Shown here one piece after another: positions 36,201 to 45,427 of a stretch of 64,000 nt of DNA (its first letter is position 1; every line of letters begins with the position of its first letter). A model generated the notes under the pieces. The model had not been told where the DNA came from and searched no databases. It saw nothing but the letters and a program-made list of their open reading frames with translations. The position numbers and the translations under genes are program-made. The DNA is from Gemmatimonadales bacterium (GTDB lineage Bacteria; Gemmatimonadota; Gemmatimonadetes; Gemmatimonadales; GWC2-71-9), in assembly GCA_035500495.1 (NCBI GenBank), contig DATJXC010000015.1, positions 13,439-77,438 on the forward strand, read 5' to 3'.

Positions 36201-38557
36201 AACCGTATGACCTGGGCGGCGAGCACCCACCCGGCGATTCCGTCGGCCCGCCACACCCGCAGCCAGCGACCTCCGGCGTACGAGTCCGCCACGAGGAGCG
36301 CGGCTCCTGGGTCGAGGGTGGCGCCCGCGGTGGCGGTCCCATACGGCGCCGCCCGAACCGGGGTCGCCGGCGCTACGACGACGACGAGCGGCGCGCGCCG
36401 GCGCCGCCACTCCTGCAATCCCGCTCCTGCCGCAACCACAGCGCCCACGCCGATCGCCAGAACGACCCAAATTCGCCGCCGGCGCCACGCCACCATCCAG
36501 CACAGCAGCCACAGCAGGGCGGCGACCAGCCACCATTCCGCCGGCGTCGCCGGTCCCACCGCGAGAAGGGGCTCGCTCGCCGCGTCCGGTGCCGGGAGCA
36601 GCCGGCGGGCACGGCTGATTGCGGAGTTCCGCGGTGCGAGCCGAGCGGCGATCGTCCAGGCCGCGGCGGCCTTCCCATCCTCGCCGGCGCGGTACAGCGT
36701 GGCGCCGAGGTTGTACCAGTGCGCCGCCACGAGAGTGTCAGCGGCCGCGCGCGCGGCGAACGAGTCCGCGGCCGCATGGAGCGCGCCGGCCTCGTAGAGC
36801 GCCTCGGGTCGCGCGCGCTGGGCTGAGAGCCCGCCGCCGAGAAGCCCCAGACCGGTCGCGAGCGCCACACCCACGAGGGTCGCTCGGCGATGCCGAGTGA
36901 CGGCCGGCTCGGCGCCCAGCACTTTCAAGACCTGGTCGATCTCCGCCGACAGCTCGGCGGCATCGCCGACCCCGTGAGGACCGTAGCGGGTCGCGCGCAG
37001 CCGGTCGCGCAACCGCATTACGTGGTCGGCCACCGCACTCTCGGTTCCGGAGGCCCGCAGCGCCCGGGCGAGGTTGTCGCCGTCTCGCGCTTCGGCATCG
37101 GGTACGTGGCTCGCGAGCACGCGGTGGAATTCCAGCTCCAGCCGCGCCAGCCCATGGTGCTCCCGCGGCGCCGCCACGCCGACGGTCGGACGCGGCGGCC
37201 GATGCCGCCGCGCCAGTCCGAGGGCGAACGGAAGCGGCGGCAGGAGGATGAGGACGAGCCAACCCCACGGCGTGAGCCACGCTCCGACCTGGTTCAGGAT
37301 GGCGACGCCACCGTCCTCGAGTAAGGGTGGAACGGTCCGGGCTGCCCGCGGTTCGGCGCCGGCCGCCACCGTCAGCGCACGAGGCGCTTCCCCTGCGACG
37401 CGATACGAACGGGTGCCGGGATCATAGTAGGGAAACCGGACCTCTGGGATCACGAAGGACCCGACCGAGTCGGGGACCAGGAGAGTGCGGAACAACTTCG
37501 TCCCCCCGATGCGGCCGCCCTCCGCGGTCAGCGAGACGGTGGTCTCTCCCGGATAACTTCGAAATGAAGCCGGCCAATGCATCGCGGGTGCGGGCCAAAG
37601 ATCCACGTTGCCCCGCCCCTGCAGCGTGACCCGTGCTTCGAGCGGATCGCCCACGCGCCCGGAGGGCGGTGACAGCTCCACTCGGACGGTGAGGTCGCGG
37701 GCCACCACCCCCGCGTCACTCGGCCGGCCTGGAGCGGGAAGCGGAGGCGCGACCACGGTGACGATCACCGAGTCGCTCTCCAGGTCGTACCGCTCCTCCC
37801 GCGAGAAGAAGCTGAAGGACACCGGCAGGGCGTATTCGGCGCTGGCCGCCGGGATCACCACCTGACCGGGAGCGAGGGGAAACAGCACCTGGTGTACCGC
37901 GAACAGATCGAATGGGACGCCGCGCACCTTGCGGGACAGGGCGACGCCGGTCGGCGCGTTTTGCGGATAGGCCCACGCGCCGCGCGCCCCAGGCAGCGTG
38001 AGCACCGGAGGGCGCCGCAGGCGCGCCATCACCTCGTGCGGGAACCATGCGGCGACGACGACATCGAGCTGGTCACCGGCGACCGCCGTATCGTGCGGAA
38101 CCAGAACCGTCAACGACACCCGATCGGTCCGCGGCGGAGGAGGCGCCGCCTCGAGCATCGCTCGAGCCAGCGGAGACAGCTCTCCAGTCGGAAGCGTGCT
38201 CGTGCTGTCCACGATGACCGTTATCGGATCGGTTTGAGCCCGCACACCCGCTTGGCGGACCCGGATCGGCCCGAGCGAGTACATGCCGGGGCGCTCGGCC
38301 CGGAGCACGAGCTGGCGTGTCACCGTCCGAATCACCGCCGGCCCCGACAACGACACCTCGGTTACTTCGTTCGTGCCGAGCACTGAGAAGCCGGCGGGCG
38401 CGGGCACGTCAATCCCCTCAAGCTGGCCAACCCGGGTGCGCACCCGGATCGTGAGCGTCAGCTGCTCACCAACCTGCAGACGGGCCCGATCGGTGCTCGC
38501 GGTGATGTCTGTCGGTGGACCCTGCAGCACCCCGAGCATGAGAAGGAGGGCGTTCAC
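36197..38557 (-). CDS. batD: BatD-like protein fused to a BatE-like TPR/TM/SH3 C-terminal region
   Basis: 786 aa. The N-terminal half has BatD-type Ig-like repeats (…RARLQVGEQLTLTIRV…, …GMYSLGPIRV…). After a TM segment come a TPR-like stretch, further TM helices and a C-terminal SH3-like tail (…GRWLRVWRADGIAGWVLAAQV). Confidence 0.75.
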   Translation of the reverse strand: MNALLLMLGVLQGPPTDITASTDRARLQVGEQLTLTIRVRTRVGQLEGIDVPAPAGFSVLGTNEVTEVSLSGPAVIRTVTRQLVLRAERPGMYSLGPIRVRQAGVRAQTDPITVIVDSTSTLPTGELSPLARAMLEAAPPPPRTDRVSLTVLVPHDTAVAGDQLDVVVAAWFPHEVMARLRRPPVLTLPGARGAWAYPQNAPTGVALSRKVRGVPFDLFAVHQVLFPLAPGQVVIPAASAEYALPVSFSFFSREERYDLESDSVIVTVVAPPLPAPGRPSDAGVVARDLTVRVELSPPSGRVGDPLEARVTLQGRGNVDLWPAPAMHWPASFRSYPGETTVSLTAEGGRIGGTKLFRTLLVPDSVGSFVIPEVRFPYYDPGTRSYRVAGEAPRALTVAAGAEPRAARTVPPLLEDGGVAILNQVGAWLTPWGWLVLILLPPLPFALGLARRHRPPRPTVGVAAPREHHGLARLELEFHRVLASHVPDAEARDGDNLARALRASGTESAVADHVMRLRDRLRATRYGPHGVGDAAELSAEIDQVLKVLGAEPAVTRHRRATLVGVALATGLGLLGGGLSAQRARPEALYEAGALHAAADSFAARAAADTLVAAHWYNLGATLYRAGEDGKAAAAWTIAARLAPRNSAISRARRLLPAPDAASEPLLAVGPATPAEWWLVAALLWLLCWMVAWRRRRIWVVLAIGVGAVVAAGAGLQEWRRRRAPLVVVVAPATPVRAAPYGTATAGATLDPGAALLVADSYAGGRWLRVWRADGIAGWVLAAQVIRL

Positions 38558-40218
38558 CAGTCCTTTACTCCGGGTGGGGCGCCACGACGGGTCCGTCCAA
38601 CCTGCTGGCGTCGAGTGCGCAGCTCCTCCTGGCCGATGGAGCGGAGCACCTCCTCAGCCTGAGACTGGGACAGCCCGCCCGATTGAGGCCGTGGCTGTTG
38701 CTCCGATCCCTGGCTTTGTCCCTGCTGGTCCCGGGCTCCTCCACCGCCTCCATTGGAGGGTGGCGGCTGGGACTGTCCACCCCCGCCACCTGACTTGCGG
38801 CGCACGGCCAGCTCGAGGTTCCATTTGGCGGAAAGGCTGTGAGGCTTGAGCAGCAGGGCCTCCCGGTAGGCGCGCTCCGCGTCCGCCAGGTGCGCGTCAC
38901 GATTCACCGTATCGGCGCCGGCCTCCCGCAACGCCAACCATCCCTGGTCGAACAGCGCCCGGAACCGTACCTCGGGGTCGAGTGACGCCGCGGCTCGCGC
39001 CAGCGCCGATTGCGCGGTCTCCCGATCACCCGCCGCGAGCGCGGCCGCTCCCGCATTGAACCAGGCGACGTCATCGGTGCGGCGTCGAACCAGCTCGGCC
39101 AGGTAAGCTCTGCGAGCGACGACGGTATCACCCCGATCCCAGGCTTTCTCCGCGGACGTGCGACGGTATGGCGTCTGGGCACGGGCCGGACGGCCGGTCA
39201 GGGCTGCCGCCAGGAGCAGCCCGACGAGCGCCGCGGTCCGACGGGAGAGTGCCTGCGCGAACAGGATCAGCAGTCCACCGAGGAGCGGCACCCAGGCTTG
39301 GGGCCGTCCGCGCTCCACGCGGGCCTCGGTTGAACGACTGCGCTTGTACGCCGCCACGAGGTCCCGAATCGCCCCGGCCTGATCCGGCAGTTCCGCCGCG
39401 ACGACCGTACCCTGGGCGGCGTCCGCCACGGCATTGAGCACCGAATCACGCCGCCACGTCTCGATCACATTCCCATTCTCGTCCTGTTGCCAACCTTGGA
39501 GATGCCCCTGGTCATCGCGCACGGGGATGTGAGCCGCGGATTGCCCGCCTTCGCCGACCAGGATCACGTGCACTCCCCCCTGCCCGAGCGCCTCCGCGGC
39601 CTGCAATGACGGTCCCAGTGAGTCGTGCCCCTCGCCGTCCGTGAATACGACCAGCACTCGGTCCGCGAGCATGCTCCCCGCGTTCAGCAGCTCGCCACCG
39701 GTTCGCAGGGCGGGGGCGAGGGCCGTCCCACCCTCCGAAGCCACCTCCGGATCCAGCGCATCCAGATACAGCCCCAGCGCCGAGCCGTCGCTCGAGAGCG
39801 GGGACAGGATGTAGCTGGCGCCGGCAAAGGCGACGAGTCCTAACCGGTCCCCGTCCAAGTCCTGGGTCAACCGCCGCGCTTCCCGCAGCGCGCGCGCCAG
39901 CCGGCTGGCGCCACCGGCGTCCTCGGCGAGCATCGAGCGCGAAATGTCCACGACCATCACGAGTGAGAGCCCACGCGTTTCCGCCTCGATGCGCTCCTCC
40001 CCCCAGCGCGGCCCCGCCAACGCCACGGTCCCAAGGAAGGCGGCGACGCTTACCGCCGTCGGACCGAATCGCCCCGCCGCCCGCGCCGTCATCGCCGCCT
40101 CCGCCGACCAGCGCGCCGCCCGCGACAGACGCGCCCGGCGGGCCCACGCGGCGGCGAACCAGACCGCCCCGCCGACCAGGGGGGCCAGAAAGAGAACCAG
40201 CGGAGCGTCGAATTCCAT
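38554..40218 (-). CDS. batB: BatB-like VWA-domain membrane protein fused to a BatC-like TPR region
   Basis: It has N-terminal TM helices and a VWA MIDAS motif (VMVVDISRSM), followed by TPR-like repeats and a Gly/Gln-rich tail. The start is trimmed to ATG 40218 (MEFDAPLVLF…), which overlaps the batA stop by 1 nt. Confidence 0.78.
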   Translation of the reverse strand: MEFDAPLVLFLAPLVGGAVWFAAAWARRARLSRAARWSAEAAMTARAAGRFGPTAVSVAAFLGTVALAGPRWGEERIEAETRGLSLVMVVDISRSMLAEDAGGASRLARALREARRLTQDLDGDRLGLVAFAGASYILSPLSSDGSALGLYLDALDPEVASEGGTALAPALRTGGELLNAGSMLADRVLVVFTDGEGHDSLGPSLQAAEALGQGGVHVILVGEGGQSAAHIPVRDDQGHLQGWQQDENGNVIETWRRDSVLNAVADAAQGTVVAAELPDQAGAIRDLVAAYKRSRSTEARVERGRPQAWVPLLGGLLILFAQALSRRTAALVGLLLAAALTGRPARAQTPYRRTSAEKAWDRGDTVVARRAYLAELVRRRTDDVAWFNAGAAALAAGDRETAQSALARAAASLDPEVRFRALFDQGWLALREAGADTVNRDAHLADAERAYREALLLKPHSLSAKWNLELAVRRKSGGGGGQSQPPPSNGGGGGARDQQGQSQGSEQQPRPQSGGLSQSQAEEVLRSIGQEELRTRRQQVGRTRRGAPPGVKDW

Positions 40219-41204
40219 CAGGGTACGCGCACCGCGTAAGTCGCCGCGAGGACCAGCTCCAGCGCGATCGCGCAGAGCCCGAGCCCCAACGGCCATTGAT
40301 AGGCTTCGTCGAAGCGACGATAGATCACGTGTTGGACGGTGGTTTTCTCGAGCCGGTTGATCTCCTGAAACACGTGGCGCAGAGACTCCGAGTCGGTCGC
40401 CCGGAAGTACCGACCACCCGTCATCAGCGCCACGTCGGTCAGCAACCGCTCGTCAATCTCCACGGGCAGCGTCTGGTACCGGAGGCCCTGGCCGCCCTGA
40501 CCGGTCGGCACCGGCGCTTCCCCCTGCGTCCCCACGCCGATCGTGTAGATCCGCACACCGAACGCCGCCGCCGCTTGGGCCGCCGTCCGCGGGTCGACGC
40601 TGCCGCGATTGTTCACCCCGTCGGTCAACAGGATGATCACCTTGCTCTTCCCGGGGGCGCGTCGCAGCCGGTTCGCCGCCGTCGCGATCGCGGTGCCGAT
40701 TGCGGTCCCGTCCTCCAGGGCGCCAACGTGCAGCTGCTCGATGGCCGCCTGCAGCACATCGTAGTCGGTGGTGAGCGGTACCTGCGTCAACGCTTGCGCG
40801 GCGAACGCCACCACCCCGATGCGGTCCGAGGTCCGGGCCCGGACGAAGTCGATGGCCGTCCGCTTGGCTACGTCGATGCGGTTGTCGGGGGCGAAATCTT
40901 CCGAGAGCATGCTGCTCGAGATGTCCACCGCCAGGACGATCGAGATCCCCTCGCTCTTGATTTCGGCGCGGGCCGCCCCGATCCGCGGGCCCGCCAGAGC
41001 CAGCACCCAGGCGATCAGCGCCAGACTGCGGAACCCCACGGGGAGCCGGGCGACCCACAGTCGCTGCCCGGGACCGGCGAGCGCCGCGGGCCGGGTGTCG
41101 GACAGGGAGACGCCGGGGAGTCGGCTCAGACGGCGCCCCCGCAACCACCACCACAGGGGAGGCAACGCGAGGAGCAGGAGCAGCCACGGACGAGCGAAGC
41201 TCAT
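40218..41204 (-). CDS. batA: BatA-like VWA-domain membrane protein
   Basis: It reads MSFARPWLLLLLALPPLWWW…, then the VWA motifs VLAVDISSSM and …ILLTDGVNN…, with a C-terminal TM helix. The start is trimmed to ATG 41204 (ATGA overlap). Confidence 0.85.
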   Translation of the reverse strand: MSFARPWLLLLLALPPLWWWLRGRRLSRLPGVSLSDTRPAALAGPGQRLWVARLPVGFRSLALIAWVLALAGPRIGAARAEIKSEGISIVLAVDISSSMLSEDFAPDNRIDVAKRTAIDFVRARTSDRIGVVAFAAQALTQVPLTTDYDVLQAAIEQLHVGALEDGTAIGTAIATAANRLRRAPGKSKVIILLTDGVNNRGSVDPRTAAQAAAAFGVRIYTIGVGTQGEAPVPTGQGGQGLRYQTLPVEIDERLLTDVALMTGGRYFRATDSESLRHVFQEINRLEKTTVQHVIYRRFDEAYQWPLGLGLCAIALELVLAATYAVRVP

Positions 41205-42016
41205 CCCTGGATCGCCCGCGCCAGCGCCTCGGCACGACGGGATAGCGCACCCACGTCGGCGCTCGCGACCCCCGCAAACGCGACCAGCTCGAGGGCCTCG
41301 AGTGTGACCGCCAGCTCTCGCACCGGCGCTCCGGCTGCCTGCTGCTTCACCACGGCCAGGCATTCAGGCGTAGCCAGTCCCAAGTGGGCCTCGGGTATCG
41401 CGGTGGCGATGGCGGACCTGAGGCGAGCCGCCGCCCTTGCCGCCACTGCTCTGGGCTCACCGGCAGCGAGCCAGAGCACATCTGAGCCTTCAAGCTGTAC
41501 TTGAGGTTTATGCTGTAACTGCAAGTTACGTGGCCTCTTACGGCGCAGCCTTACCAAACCTGAGAAGCCTGCGGCACCCCCCAACAGAGCCACCGCCACT
41601 GGCCAGGCGGTCGTCTCTTTCCGGCGCAACGGAACCAGGGCCGGTCGAGGAGCGGGCCGAGCAACGCTGTCGGGGATCACCGCCACGACGGCGAACGTCG
41701 CCACTCCACTCGGGAGAGAATCCGCTCGGCCGTCGGGACCGAGTCTCCAGGCGGGCGGCAGAGTGACCTGATGCCCCCCCGGAGTCCACGCCACGACGGC
41801 GTACCGCACCACCCAGGTATCGCCGTCGTGAAACACCGCGGGGTCGGCGAGCGGCTCGATATCTCCGCTTGGCTCCAACCGGCCCGGGCGCAGCCGCCAG
41901 CCCGCGCTCAACGGGACGGTCGCCTCGAGCCAGACCGTATCGCCGACCGTCGGGTGGACCGGGGTGACCGACCAGGTCCACCCCTGCAAGGCGAGAAGTA
42001 GTCCGATGCCCGGCAT
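41201..42016 (-). CDS. hypothetical single-pass membrane protein of the Bat operon (occupies the DUF4381 slot)
   Basis: 271 aa. An N-terminal Ig-like region is followed by a TM helix (AWPVAVALLGGAAGFSGLV), an RLRRKRP stop-transfer sequence and a helical C-terminus. It sits between DUF58 and batA. Confidence 0.55.
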   Translation of the reverse strand: MPGIGLLLALQGWTWSVTPVHPTVGDTVWLEATVPLSAGWRLRPGRLEPSGDIEPLADPAVFHDGDTWVVRYAVVAWTPGGHQVTLPPAWRLGPDGRADSLPSGVATFAVVAVIPDSVARPAPRPALVPLRRKETTAWPVAVALLGGAAGFSGLVRLRRKRPRNLQLQHKPQVQLEGSDVLWLAAGEPRAVAARAAARLRSAIATAIPEAHLGLATPECLAVVKQQAAGAPVRELAVTLEALELVAFAGVASADVGALSRRAEALARAIQG

Positions 42017-42019
42017 GGC

Positions 42020-42895
42020 CTACCGGCTCAGCCGCTTGGCCCTGGCGGCGAAGGCCCGTCGCAGCGGCACCGCGTAGGGGGTATCGGTCCGCAACGCGAC
42101 CACATCCACCCCTGCTTGAACCAGCCTGCGGCTGCGCTCCAGCATCAGGCGTCCGGCGGCGACGTGCAGCCGATCGCGGGTGCCGGGGTGCGTCGTATCG
42201 AGGAGAACGCGACGCCCGGTTTCGGCATCGGTGAAGTCGATCCATCCCGCGTCGGGGAGCGCGATTTCGCGGGGGTCGTCGATCGTCACAGCCACGACGT
42301 CGTTATGGGCCGCCAGCCGCGCCAGCGGCTCCTCCCATCCCTCGGCGCGAAAATCGGACAGCACGACGGCGATGGCCCGATGGCGGAGCAGCTTGGCCGC
42401 GTAGCGCAGGCCCTCGGCGAGGTTGGTCCCCCGCCCCACCGGCGCGAACGCGATCAGGTCGCGGATGACGCGGAGCGCATGAGCGCGACCTTTGGCGGGC
42501 CGCACGACGTGTTCCACTTGATCGGCGAACAGCACCGCTCCCACGCGGTCGTTATGGCGGGCCGCCGCCAGCGCGAGAACGGCGCCGACCTCCACCGCCA
42601 GACCGGCCTTGGTCGCCGGCCGGCCGAAGTACTGCGAGCCCGACTGGTCCACCACGAGCAGCAGCGTCAGCTCACGCTCTTCCGCATAACTCTTGACGTA
42701 GGGGTGGCCGAAGCGCGCGGAGACGTTCCAATCGATCGCGCGGAAATCGTCGCCCTGCTGGTAGGCGCGGACCTCGGCGAACTCGATGCCCTGCCCCCGG
42801 AAGACCGACCGGTAACCGCCGGTGAAGAGGGTGTTGACCAGGGCGCGGGTCCTGAGCTCGATGCCCCGGACCTGCTTCAAGACCTCGGGCGTCAC
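42020..42895 (-). CDS. DUF58 domain protein (MoxR-associated)
   Basis: 291 aa. The sequence …G.Y.S.FRGQGIEFAEVR.YQ.GDD.R.IDWNVSAR… is the DUF58 signature. There is a GTGA overlap with moxR. Confidence 0.9.
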   Translation of the reverse strand: MTPEVLKQVRGIELRTRALVNTLFTGGYRSVFRGQGIEFAEVRAYQQGDDFRAIDWNVSARFGHPYVKSYAEERELTLLLVVDQSGSQYFGRPATKAGLAVEVGAVLALAAARHNDRVGAVLFADQVEHVVRPAKGRAHALRVIRDLIAFAPVGRGTNLAEGLRYAAKLLRHRAIAVVLSDFRAEGWEEPLARLAAHNDVVAVTIDDPREIALPDAGWIDFTDAETGRRVLLDTTHPGTRDRLHVAAGRLMLERSRRLVQAGVDVVALRTDTPYAVPLRRAFAARAKRLSR

Positions 42896-43866
42896 GGGAC
42901 GCCCACAGCCTCCAGGATCTTCCCGATGATGCGGTCGGCGTCCATATCCTCGGCCTCCGCCTCGAACGTCAACAGGACCCGATGACGCAGCACGTCGTAC
43001 GCCAGCGCCTGGACATCCTCCGGGACGACGTAGGCACGGCCCCGCAAATAAGCGTGGGCTCGCGCCGCCTGGGCGAGGTAGATGGAAGCCCGGGGGCTCG
43101 CGCCGAAGGCGATGAGCGCGCGCAGCTCGGGCACGCCCACGGTCTGCGGTTCCCGCGTCCCGCGGACGATGTCCACGATGTAGTCGACCACCTTCTGATC
43201 CATGTACAGATCGGCGATCGCGCTGCGGGCCGCGAGCACGTCCTCCGCCGTGGCGATGCGCAGGACTTCGATCGGCCGGCCACCGGCCATGCGCGCCACG
43301 ATTTCCCGTTCCGCATCGCGCGAGGGGTAGCCCACCTTCACTTTGAGCATGAATCGATCGAGCTGGGCCTCGGGGAGCGGGTAGGTGCCTTCGTGCTCGA
43401 TCGGATTCTGCGTCGCCAGCACGAGGAACGGCTCGCCGAGGAAGAACGTCTCCCCACCGATCGTCACCTGCTTCTCCTGCATCGCCTCCAGGAGTGCCGA
43501 CTGCACCTTCGCCGGGGCGCGGTTGATCTCATCCGCCAGCACCAGATTGGCGAACAGCGGTCCTTTCTTCGCGTAGAACTCCTGGGTACGCTGGTCGAAC
43601 ACCATCGTCCCGATCACATCGGCGGGGAGCAGGTCCGGAGTGAACTGGATCCGTGAGAACCCGATGCGCAGGCACTCCGCCACCGTGCGCACCGCCAATG
43701 TCTTGGCGAGACCGGGAACTCCTTCCAGGAGGATGTGCCCGCCCGTCAACAAACCGACGAGCAGGCGCTCCACCATCTGCTCCTGTCCCACCACCCGCTT
43801 GGCGACCTCCTGGGTCAGCGTCTGATGGAGCAGCGCCTCGTTCACCACTGGTTGTTTGACCGTCAT
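42892..43866 (-). CDS. MoxR-family AAA+ ATPase
   Basis: 324 aa. It contains …VVGQEQMVERLLVGLLTGGHILLEGVPGLAKT… (Walker A), …LADEINRA… (Walker B) and …VLATQNP.E.EGTYPLPEAQLDRF…. Confidence 0.95.
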   Translation of the reverse strand: MTVKQPVVNEALLHQTLTQEVAKRVVGQEQMVERLLVGLLTGGHILLEGVPGLAKTLAVRTVAECLRIGFSRIQFTPDLLPADVIGTMVFDQRTQEFYAKKGPLFANLVLADEINRAPAKVQSALLEAMQEKQVTIGGETFFLGEPFLVLATQNPIEHEGTYPLPEAQLDRFMLKVKVGYPSRDAEREIVARMAGGRPIEVLRIATAEDVLAARSAIADLYMDQKVVDYIVDIVRGTREPQTVGVPELRALIAFGASPRASIYLAQAARAHAYLRGRAYVVPEDVQALAYDVLRHRVLLTFEAEAEDMDADRIIGKILEAVGVP

Positions 43867-45422
43867 CCCAATGCCGCCTCCGCCGCTCGCTGCACGGTGG
43901 GCTCCTTGTCATGACTATAGAGTGCGAGCAATGCCCGCGCCTCCGGTGAGCTCAGATGCCCCATGCCGGCGATCGCCGCCGCTCGCAGGTGGACCGTCCG
44001 GCGCCGCATGAATCCGCCCGGCTCGGCGTGCTTTGCCAGCACCGTCAACGCCTCCGGCGACCCCAGGCGACCGATCGCCATGAGTAGCTCCGAGAGTACC
44101 CCTTCGTCCTCCTCCTGCTCCAGCCGCCGGATCAGGAGGGCCGTCGTGGACAGGTCGCCGCCCAGCCCGATCACCTTGGCGGCGGCCATCCGCACCGGGG
44201 CACTGCCATCCTTGAGCGCCGGAATGGCCGGCCGGGTAATCTCCCGACCCCCGAGCTCGGCCAGCGCATACAGGGCAGCCTCCCGCACCGGGTCGGCTTG
44301 GTGCTTGACCAGCTCGATGAGCAGCGGCACCGCCCGCGGGCTGCCGGTGAGACCCAACAGGTGCGCTGCCGCGGCGACCGCTGGGGCTTCCCCTTCCCGG
44401 CTCACCTCTGATAGCGGGTCAACCGCTCGATCGGCGGCGGCCCGGATCGCGGCACGATAACCTTCCCGCAGCTCCGCCGGGGCGGCCAGGTACCCCCGGA
44501 TCAACGACGGGATCGCCACGCTGGCCAGGGCGCCGACCCCGGCGACGAGAGCCCCTCGCTCCTGGGGGGTCACCCGCGCCTCCCCCAACCGGGCAATCAA
44601 CCGCTCGATGATGGGCGGGTCCGCCAACGCTCCCGCCAGAGCCCCGAACCGCTCGAGCAGATCGGGATCGTCGATCCGGTGCAGCGCGCGGTCCAGCGAC
44701 ATGATGACCTCGGCCACCACCGCGATGTCACCCAGAGCCAGCAGGTCCGGGACCAGCTGCTGCAAGCGCTCGGCGGCGCCATGCAACCCTTCCACGCTTT
44801 CGGCGGTGGCCAGCGTACCCACCAGCCGCCGGGTCTCGACATCCACCGGCAGCGCGTCAGCCCGATTTGCAGTGGGGCTCGGTCGCGCGCCCGTGCCCAC
44901 GCGAGGCGGCGGCACCGGAGCTGGCGGTGGCGCCGCTGCGGTGGCAGCGGGGGTCGCGGCGGCCGGCGGCGCACCCGCGGCGACTGGCGCCGGCGGCTCG
45001 GAGGCTGGCAATGGTACCCGCAACGCCGTCTGGGTCGTGCGCCGACCATGCACGAGGGTGATGCGACCGAGGCTCGGGTCTCCCGGCGGGAGGTGGCCGG
45101 TGGCGACCGCGAACAGCGCGAGCACTTGCTCGGTCGTGACACCCGGACTGATCTGGACCGCCCGCACGCTACGCGCGTACAGCAGAGACGCGATCTCCGC
45201 GAGCTGCGCATTGCGCGGGAGCAGATGCTGCCGCTGCACGTGGAACCCGGTCACCCCCACCTTACACTCCACCGTGCCCAACTCGGCGATCGGAGGCAGC
45301 AATACCTCGACCTGACGCATGGCTTCCTGCACCGCCCGGTGGGAGGGCGGGTACAATCGATGGAGCCGGAACGCCGTTCCGATCGCCCCAAGGGCGCGCT
45401 CCAACGCGGACAAGTCGGGCAT
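43863..45422 (-). CDS. HEAT-repeat protein with N-terminal 'LYPPSH' module, first gene coupled to moxR
   Basis: ~519 aa, starting at ATG 45422 (MPDLSALERALG…). It has a central Pro/Ala-rich linker and C-terminal HEAT repeats (…DPVREAALYALAELG…, …SAPVRMAAAKVIG…, …EPTVQRAAEAAL). The stop overlaps the moxR start (ATGA). Confidence 0.7.
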   Translation of the reverse strand: MPDLSALERALGAIGTAFRLHRLYPPSHRAVQEAMRQVEVLLPPIAELGTVECKVGVTGFHVQRQHLLPRNAQLAEIASLLYARSVRAVQISPGVTTEQVLALFAVATGHLPPGDPSLGRITLVHGRRTTQTALRVPLPASEPPAPVAAGAPPAAATPAATAAAPPPAPVPPPRVGTGARPSPTANRADALPVDVETRRLVGTLATAESVEGLHGAAERLQQLVPDLLALGDIAVVAEVIMSLDRALHRIDDPDLLERFGALAGALADPPIIERLIARLGEARVTPQERGALVAGVGALASVAIPSLIRGYLAAPAELREGYRAAIRAAADRAVDPLSEVSREGEAPAVAAAAHLLGLTGSPRAVPLLIELVKHQADPVREAALYALAELGGREITRPAIPALKDGSAPVRMAAAKVIGLGGDLSTTALLIRRLEQEEDEGVLSELLMAIGRLGSPEALTVLAKHAEPGGFMRRRTVHLRAAAIAGMGHLSSPEARALLALYSHDKEPTVQRAAEAALG

Positions 45423-45427
45423 GATGG

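Noticed and set aside
36197-43866. The MoxR AAA+ / VWA gene set considered as a possible NTPase-based conflict (defence) system.
   Set aside because: The gene content and order (moxR, DUF58, small membrane protein, batA, batB/C, batD/E) match the classical housekeeping Bat/aerotolerance-type operon. No effector-like nuclease, protease, TIR or caspase-like domain is present.
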